Source: Eledone cirrhosa (taxonomy: Eukaryota). Taken from it: a stretch of 64,000 bases of DNA. The stretch is taken from positions 176,142,001-176,206,000 of the forward strand of contig OZ024743.1 of assembly GCA_964016885.1 (NCBI GenBank). Reading direction: 5' to 3'. The notes under the pieces are model-generated. The model did no database searches, was not told where the DNA came from, and worked only from the letters and a program-made list of their open reading frames with translations. Below are positions 55,920-64,000 of the stretch, one piece after another. Position 1 is the first letter of the stretch. Each line of letters begins with the position of its first letter. The position numbers were made by a program, and so were the translations under genes.

Positions 55920-56801
55920 TTGTTTCTACTTTTGGCACAAGGCCAGCAATTATCCTAATGTATTACTGGTACTTTATTTTATCGACCCCGTAAGGATGAA
56001 AGGTAAAGTTAACCTCGGCGGGATTTGGACTCAGATCGTAAAGGGACGTAACTATGCTGCAAATCATGGTGTCCGACTCTCTACCGATACTGCCAATCCA
56101 CCGCCACTTTTAAATAATAATAATAACACCAACAATAATCTATTTTATTGGTCACAAGAGCCCATCACATTGGAGACGATACAAGGGCAACAACAACATA
56201 GCCTGGAGTTTAAAAATAATAAGGGTTTCTGATATAGGCACAAGGCCAGCAATTTGAAGGGAGAAGGGAAAGACGATTAAATCGACCCCAGTGCATTACT
56301 GGTACTTTATTTTACCGACCTCGTAAAGATGGAAGGAAAAGCTAACCTCGGCGGTTTTGAACTTAGAACGTAAAGAGCCATGACTCTATGTCACATGGCT
56401 TGGTGTCCGACGCTCCACCGATTCTGCCAATACAAATAATAATTGTTTCTACTTTAGGCACAAGGCCAGCAATCACCCAGTGTATTACTGGTACTTTATT
56501 TTATCGACCCCGTAAACATGAAAGGCAAAGCTAACCTCGGCGGGGTAAAGGTCCATAACTCTATGTCGCAGAGCATGATGTCCGGCACTCTACCGATTCT
56601 GCCAACACAAATACAGATAATAATAATAATGGTTTCTACTTTAGGCACGAGGCCAGCAATTTTGGGGAGGGGAAAGTCGATTAAATCGACCCCAGTGTAT
56701 TACTGGTGCTTTATTTTATCGACTCCATAAGGATGAAATGCAAAGTTAACCTCGGCGGGATTTGAGCTCAGATCATAAAGGGCCTTAACTCTTTGCTGTA
56801 A
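55920..56801 (-). mobile_element. Cluster of four head-to-tail OK-like SINEs
   Basis: Copies at about 55920-56105, 56225-56430, 56440-56610 and 56630 onward, all on the minus strand and separated by (AAT)n. Confidence 0.85.
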
Positions 56802-57386
56802 AGCATGGCGCCCGACCCTCTACCGATACTGCCAATCCACCGCCCTAGCATGGCGCCCGACCCTCTACCGATACTGCCAATCCACCGCCCTAGCATGGTG
56901 CCCGACCCTCTACCGATACTGCCAATCCACCGCCCTAGCATGGCGCCCGACCCTCTACCGATACTGCCAATCCACCGCCATAGCATGGCGCCCGACCCTC
57001 TACCGATACTGCCAATCCACCGCCCTAGCATGGCGCCCGACCCTCTACCGATACTGCCAATCCACCGCCCTAGCATGGTGCCCGACCCTCTACCGATACT
57101 GCCAATCCACCGCCCTAGCATGGTGTCCGACCCTCTACCGATACTGCCAATCCACCGCCATAGCATGGCGCCCGACCCTCTACCGATACTGCCAATCCAC
57201 CGCCCTAACATGGCGCCCGACCCTCTACCGATACTGCCAATCCACCGCCCTAGCATGGTGTCCGACCCTCTACCGATACTGCCAATCCACCGCCATAGCA
57301 TGGCGCCCGACCCTCTACCGATACTGCCAATCCACCGCCCTAGCATGGCGCCCGACCCTCTACCGATACTGCCAATCCACGGCCCT
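56802..57386 (-). repeat. 13 x 45-bp tandem array of the SINE 5' end (A-box segment)
   Basis: Unit AGCATGGCGCCCGACCCTCTACCGATACTGCCAATCCACCGCCCT equals the terminal 45 bp of the neighbouring SINEs. Confidence 0.93.
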
Positions 57387-58341
57387 TGACAATACAAATA
57401 TTAGTAATAATAATATAAATTGCAACATCCACATGAATGGACAGGCTTAACAAACTTCTAAAGATGACTGCTCATTTATGAGAATTTGAAAAGGAAGAAA
57501 AATATTGAAAAAAAAAACAACTAAAGCCAAAATATCTACACCACCAACAACAACAACAACAATTCATTGTAAGATAATATAATCGATTATGAAATACAAT
57601 TATAAATAATTGTCTTGATCAATCAGAAAATGATTGAATATTCAATGTTTACTGATAAGATTGATAGTTAAAGACTATTGATGAAGAAGAAAAAAATATG
57701 TTTCCATAAATAACTTTATTGTTGCATATTCCATATATTTCGTTTGGGCTATTTAAAACAAAAAAGATTAAAACGAAACAAGATTCTATATCGACTTCAG
57801 TGGATTAAATGCGAAGTTTCGCAAACCCAATATCACAGATACTGTTGGAAGAGTATAGTCGTTTAAATTTTGAGTTTACATGCGTGTGTGAGTGTGCACG
57901 TGTGTGATGGTGGTGATGGTGGTGGTGGTGTTCTGTGTGTGATGGTGATGATGATGATGATGGTGGGGGTGGTAGTGGTGGTGTTCTGTGTGTGTGGTGG
58001 TGGTGATGGTGATGGTGGTAGTGGTGGTGGTGTTGTGTGTGTGTGTTGCATGCGTTCGTCTTCGTATGTCTGATTACGGTCAATGGTTAAACTCGTCCGG
58101 TGAACCAATGACTGAAGAATCAAATGTTAAAGTGATATCTCATTAATGTTATGTAAATATAAATACACACACACACACACATACACACACACAATATATA
58201 TATATATATATATATTGTTATACTTTGGGAGGGTGATGTTGACACTAAGAAACACACCCACCAGTTGCTTTCACTCCAATTTATTATAAATTAAATTTAT
58301 AAATTTATAAATTTCCGGTTGGTTCCACAAATTCAGTAACG

Positions 58342-58380
<39 letters not shown>

Positions 58381-58649
58381 GGTTTGAGGTTCACCACTGT
58401 ATAGAGCTATTCCGTATGGTCAATCGTAATGTAATAATATAGAGAGTACTCAACGTAAAGCAGTTCAACCGTCTTTGTTTTTGTAGTTGGTGGTGCTATT
58501 ACGGAGTTAAATATTCCTTTATCTGAGTTTTAGCCACGTCACTCGAGGGCGACCGGCTAAGGTAGAGGGTGCAAGATAGCGGTCGCCCTCGGGTCCTAGA
58601 TTTTCAGCCCCATGGATTTTATCTATTACATTCACGTATTATATTTCGA

Positions 58650-58707
58650 ATACCTGATGATATCACCGGATTCATACGGAACCCGGTCATTGAAATGATC
58701 ATTGTAT
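58650..58707 (+). ncRNA. Type I hammerhead, canonical core
   Basis: ATAC-CTGATGA-TATCACCGG...CCGGTCATT-GAAA-TGATC-ATT^GTAT-AATAAA; palindromic ATGATCAT stem III. Confidence 0.68.
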
Positions 58708-58757
58708 AATAAACCTTTGAAGGATTTACACAAATCCAGCCTCCTGTCATTTCATTA

Positions 58758-58815
<58 letters not shown>

Positions 58816-59211
58816 AAAATGAAGTTTTATCTAAATAAAAAATAAAAAAAGGAGATGTCCTCCCCGAGTACAAGTATAAGGAAACGAAATAAAAAATCTT
58901 AAATGATGCGAGAAAAACCACAAACCCTCTCTCAATTCTACTTTTGAAAGACATAGGAACTGTGAAACCGGTAAAGGAAATAAATAAATATTATTAAAAA
59001 AACTCCAGTTGCATTTTCCATTTCTTTTCCTAATTTCTCTCTCTTTTTCCAAAAGCGTAATTTAAATAAACGGTTGTTTTTTTCAATTTTTCGGACATTC
59101 ATTTACATATTCACACTGAACTTTCCACACAGAACGTTTCACTATCTAGCGAATTTTCCATCGTCAAGGTTGTTTTCCACGGCTATGTCACTATTTATAA
59201 AACAAATTTTG

Positions 59212-59276
59212 TATTTTATCTGATGAAAGCGCACCAAGACTGCCTTGGTTGCCCTTGAAATATATATAATAAAATA
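59212..59276 (+). ncRNA. Type I hammerhead, canonical core
   Basis: TATTTTAT-CTGATGA-AAG..ACCAAG..CTTGGT..CTT-GAAA-TATAT-ATA^ATAAAATA; perfect 8-bp stem I. Confidence 0.82.
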
Positions 59277-59410
59277 GTTATGGTTTTATAAATAGAGTTT
59301 CCGTTTATAAATATATTATATATTTACTCCAGTAATCGGTTGAGTTATAAACTTTTAAGTTTGTTGAATCCCAACCAATTAAATATAACTTCTGCATATA
59401 TATATATAGA

Positions 59411-59627
59411 AAGACGATCGACTTTCGTCAAATCGGACCGACGAAACAATGTTTCCGTTGGTCTTTCCAATTGCTAATACTATCTATCGGTCGCAACTCC
59501 AGGTAGAAGGAGCAACGTGAAATAAAGTGTCTTGCTCAAGGACATAACGCATCGCCCTGTCCAGGAATCGAACTCACAACCTTACGATTGCGAATCCAAT
59601 TCTCTAACCACTCAGCCACACGCCTTC
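59411..59627 (-). mobile_element. Full-length tRNA(Arg)-like SINE (octopus OR-like)
   Basis: A box TGGCTGAGTGG, TCG anticodon-like loop, B box GAGTTCGATTCC, core CCTTGAGCAAGACACTTTATTTCACGTTGCTCC, 3' hairpin TGAC-GAAA-GTCG; (TA)n flanks. Confidence 0.85.
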
Positions 59628-59945
59628 ATATATATATATATAAGTCTTAGTAACCAGACTTTGCTTTTTTTTTTTTTTCTCTCTCAGTACTTTTTATTGT
59701 TTTACCCCTCATTGTTCAACTTACGGTTTCGACTCCCCCCCCCCTCCCCAGTATCTTCTTTGACCTCACACCCAGCTGTAGCCGGCACTACCAACGCATG
59801 AATGGGTCTACTCCACCCCCTCTCCCTTATTCTCCTACCGGCAGGTTCAGCTACCCCTTCCCCTACCAATTTGCCATCACAGATTTACTACTAACTTGTG
59901 ATGTGACCAATCCTGGTGATTATCTCTTTGACCATATATGGAATT

Positions 59946-60039
59946 ACCCCTTGATAAGCTCGGCTATTTAAATACCAGAATAAATTTTCATTCAGTCCAG
60001 AATTAGCCGTCGAAACGGCTTGAGCTCAGCCGTCGGGGT
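59946..60039 (+). ncRNA. Type I hammerhead with U3-A8 variant core
   Basis: ACCCC-TTGATAA-GCTCGGCTA...TAGCCGTC-GAAA-CGGCT(TGAGCTC)AGCC-GTC^GGGGT; all three stems pair. Confidence 0.78.
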
Positions 60040-60049
60040 CTTACTTGTT

Positions 60050-60086
<37 letters not shown>

Positions 60087-60213
60087 ATTAGAATTGGTGC
60101 TCTGAAATAGCGAATGTATATAGAGTGTATTTTGCAATACACTCTATGCTTAATTAAAAGCATTTCGAAGTCCTTACGCTATTGTTTAAAGTAGTGACAA
60201 TGTCACTTACTTC

Positions 60214-60309
60214 AATTTTCAGCAAACAGGGGAGATAAGCTGAGAGAGCTCTGTTTCGTACTTGTTAGTACTTATCAAAGATCCCCACTCCTCCTGTTTA
60301 CTGAAAATT
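60214..60309 (-). ncRNA. Extended type I hammerhead with U3-A8 core (left copy)
   Basis: ATCT-TTGATAA-GTAC-TAACAA-GTAC-GAAA-CAGAGCTCT-CTC^AGCT, closed by a long distal helix. Confidence 0.65.
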
Positions 60310-60495
60310 ATGAATGTTGGATTCTTATAGAATTCCAGTAATAATCAGGAACTGATTATACAGAGCGATTGCCGGTCCAGCAAAAATTGAAAATTAGAAT
60401 TGTTGCTCTGAAATAGGGATATATATATATAAATGTATATATAGTGTATTTTACAATAAACTGTATGCGTATTTAAAAGCATTTCGAACATTCAT

Positions 60496-60588
60496 AATTT
60501 TCAGCAAACAGGAGTGGTGAGCCTTGATAAGTACCAACAAGTACGAAACAGAGCTTTGTCACCTTATCTCCCCTGTTTGCTGAAAATT
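60496..60588 (+). ncRNA. Extended type I hammerhead with U3-A8 core (right copy)
   Basis: TTGATAA (60524-60530)-GTAC-CAACAA-GTAC-GAAA-CAGAGCTTT-GTC^. Perfect 17-bp distal helix 60496-60512/60572-60588; proximal stem I is mismatched. Confidence 0.68.
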
Positions 60589-60687
60589 GAAGTAAGTGAC
60601 ATTGTCACTACTTTAAACAATAGCGTAAGGTCTTCGAAATGCTTTTAATTAAGCATACAATGTATTGCAAAATACACTATATATACA

Positions 60688-60742
<55 letters not shown>

Positions 60743-61576
60743 GGGTGGGGGCAGAGGGAGAGAGATTTACATATTTGTTTTACAAAATTCTTGATGTGAA
60801 TGGAATAGCAACACCCTCACCCCACACTTAAAAGACTAAAGACTGAAAAGGACACGTAGATAAAAAGAAAGAACATGAGAAAACACAAACAGAGAAATAG
60901 AGATACCCCCCTGCCCCCACACACCCAAACACGTACACATGCCAATACACATGCCAAACAGAAAGATATACAGACGGCATCGCACAAAGACACACGCATG
61001 CGCAGACGCAAAATCATGCACAGACAGAATGATATCACAGAGAGACAAGATAGGGTGGGTAAAACAAAACTCGACCGAAGAGGCGACACAGAGGAACACA
61101 AATAGTCACTGATGCGGTCGAAGAATGTGTGACCAAAGACCTTTGATAATTACATAAGATAACAGACTATACGACAATCCGATTGCGAAGAATTAATTTG
61201 TTACCAAACGACCTGATAATAATAAAATCGAACTAAAAATCACCCAGTGCGTGTGTTTTTATTTATCTGACCTTCTACCGAAACTGCCAACAAATACAGG
61301 CACACAGCCACACACACACACAGGTACACACACACACACACACATATGGGCACACCTACCAATTTCAACACAGACACAACCACACCCATAACACTCTCGA
61401 ATGCCAAATCACTTGCCTACCATTCCCAGACTCCTTAACCTTTTCCGCTCATGTGCCGGTATCTGGAAGATATGGGATTCAATTCCTTATAGCGGTCGTT
61501 GGCAAATTTTCTTTCCGTATTTTAAGGGTCTTAACCCTATTTTATAGCATTACTGCACTTGAGCACTTTCTTTATT

Positions 61577-62254
<678 letters not shown>

Positions 62255-62804
62255 CTGTTAGAACACGAAAAGTGTGAAACACAGAATGTTCACTTTTCGT
62301 GTTCTAACATATATGCCTAGCTTCTTTAAAAATTTTTCGGGGATAGCCGTGGTGGTGGTGATCGTATGTCATTGGCTAATTTTCAACCAATCAGAGTACC
62401 TCTCTCTATATCTCTTCCACTGTTACTTACGCCTGTTTCTCTCTATCTGTTCCGTCTCTATATATATCTCTTACTCTTTCGCTTTGCACTCCTCCCCTTC
62501 AATACCATCTCTCCCCCTCTCTATATATTTGTTACTCTATCGCTGCACGCTCCTCTCCTTCAATATATCAATTACACACGCTTTACACTCCTTTATCCCC
62601 AGCGCCCCTATATATACACCCCCCTCTCCCGCATCTATATTTTAATGTACCGTTGCACCGTGAATATATGTGTCTATATATATATACATATATATTGTAT
62701 ATACACATTCATGTATGTGTATACACATTCATGTATGTATATACACTGGTTTTATGTGTGTATTGTAAATTTGTACTGTTAAAACACGAAACTAACATTC
62801 GATT

Positions 62805-62884
62805 GACACTTTGATTACCTGTACAGGCAATAGTTATTAGAATGCTGTTGAAGTGTGTATATATTTTTGGGGGACATCCTGTAT
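62805..62884. mobile_element. Partial Tc1/mariner-type MITE (family of 38999-39109)
   Basis: Ends GTGTGTATATATTTTTGGGGGACATCCTGTA; the interior matches the 39 kb copy in reverse. Confidence 0.6.
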
Positions 62885-63239
62885 ATACACACATTATATA
62901 TAATACAATAAACAGATAAATACACACATATATATATGAGCTTATTTAATTATAAATATTGTGAATTTTTAACTCAGTTCAATTATATATATAAATGGCT
63001 TCTACAGGACTAGAACTGTTTCATTCGAAAGAGATCATCATAATATTGAGAGGGGGGACTAGATAAAATATTTCAAATCAAATGTGTATAAGTTATAAGT
63101 TAAAATGTATAAATAGAGACGATAGTGGAGGTATATCTGTTTAGTGGAACAGTAGACGATAGAATTAAATACAGACGATAATCTCCCTTTAATGAAACAG
63201 CAGACGATAGAATTAAGGCAATTTAAATTTTAAGCATTT

Positions 63240-63296
63240 GCATTTTTGCCTTTCATCGTTACGGGATCGATAAAATAAAGTACCAGTAATACACTG
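63240..63296 (+). mobile_element. OK-like SINE core fragment
   Basis: TTTGCCTTTCATCGTTACGGGATCGATAAAATAAAGTACCAGTAATACACTG. Confidence 0.7.
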
Positions 63297-64000
63297 TCAC
63301 TAGACGACTTTCAAATTGAATTGTTGGTTCCATTTCTTTAGTATTTTCAATTGTAGTTATCTACTTAAAAAGCGTTACACGGTTAGAGACATAATTCGTA
63401 AGTTATATCTTCCCTATTAAACCATTGCATTATTTCGCCTACAATAGAACAAAAATGAAATGTTCTTTTAATTTTATTGCTCATATTTTGTCGATTCTAT
63501 TGAGTGATGAATAGCTTTTGTTTTATTTTAACATGTCTATTGAGCACTCTAATTCGATATGTGTATTTCCACATTCACTCGAATTATTTTCGCGGATATA
63601 GGGGTCATCTCCCTTGTCTAATGCCATGTGCGTTTTTCACCGCTAGTTGACTCCTTTGCCGCCAGGATAAAACTCGTTGACAACGTAAACTCCATTCCAC
63701 TTATTCTAGTAGGCTTTTATATTTATATGTGAGCTGATAGAGTACTGTCTAAGGATTTACAGAAACCCATGAAGCTAGATTTAACACCTTTCTAGTGGGT
63801 CCGGGTATGATTTTACATTCATTTAAATTATTGACGTATTGTTTTATTGATATTTTTTATCTGTTTGGCCCGAATCTTCCTTTATCGATTTTAAATCGTA
63901 TGGTTGATTGTAGACTTGTTCTATATGTGACGGTATTTTAACGATAGTTATAGCTCTGATTCATCTGAATTATTGAGCCCTCTGCCGCTCATATCGGATT

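Larger units (their letters stand above)
60082..60690. mobile_element. Divergent inverted pair of an about 300-bp hammerhead repeat; left copy terminally redundant
   Basis: 60082-60169 recurs at 60388-60488. 60489-60690 is the reverse complement of about 60110-60317. (TA)n on both sides. Confidence 0.8.

Noticed and set aside
56768-57397. ORFs with 15-aa repeats (MAPDPLPILPIHRPS / GRWIGSIGRGSGAML)
   Set aside because: These are translations of the 45-bp SINE-head tandem array.
59555-59627. tRNA-Arg gene
   Set aside because: The tRNA-like head continues directly into a SINE core and tail that are repeated at 21497-21660.
63001-63045. Minus-strand hammerhead remnant ATGATGA..GAAACAGTTCTAGTC
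   Set aside because: C3 is missing, stem II pairs poorly and there is no stem I partner; too decayed to call. Similar partial motifs near 36810, 48505, 58110 and 61110 were also left uncalled.
63646-63710. Minus-strand peptide NKWNGVYVVNEFYPGGKGVN* resembling a CAP-domain end or a Gypsy integrase GPY/F motif
   Set aside because: Only 20 codons with no supporting upstream frame or good acceptor tract; needs BLASTx to decide.

Overview
Non-genic, repeat-dense animal DNA. The tRNA-derived SINEs and the heavy (TA)n/(CA)n/(ATC)n load resemble octopus/cephalopod sequence; this is an inference and was not checked. Bases 1-21142 are a 15-bp satellite (GCTCGACAATGAGAS) with nested higher-order repeats, and all long ORFs in the track there are artefacts of it. 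The rest holds a decayed near-full-length Tx1/L1-clade LINE in an (ATT)n tract (29.6-35.4 kb), four RTE-type LINE 3' stubs, many SINEs, a 35-bp satellite (50.7-55.7 kb) and a 45-bp array made from a SINE 5' end. I could not support any host protein-coding gene. The most notable signal is about 20 type I hammerhead ribozyme (HHR) motifs, found by eye, in several unrelated short Penelope-like or retrozyme-like repeat families. At least three families carry a non-canonical core, UUGANAA, i.e. a compensatory U3-A8 in place of C3-G8. Many elements are inserted as divergent 5'-to-5' inverted pairs. Two of these pairs show terminal redundancy that suggests circular or tandem RNA templates of about 435 and about 300 nt.
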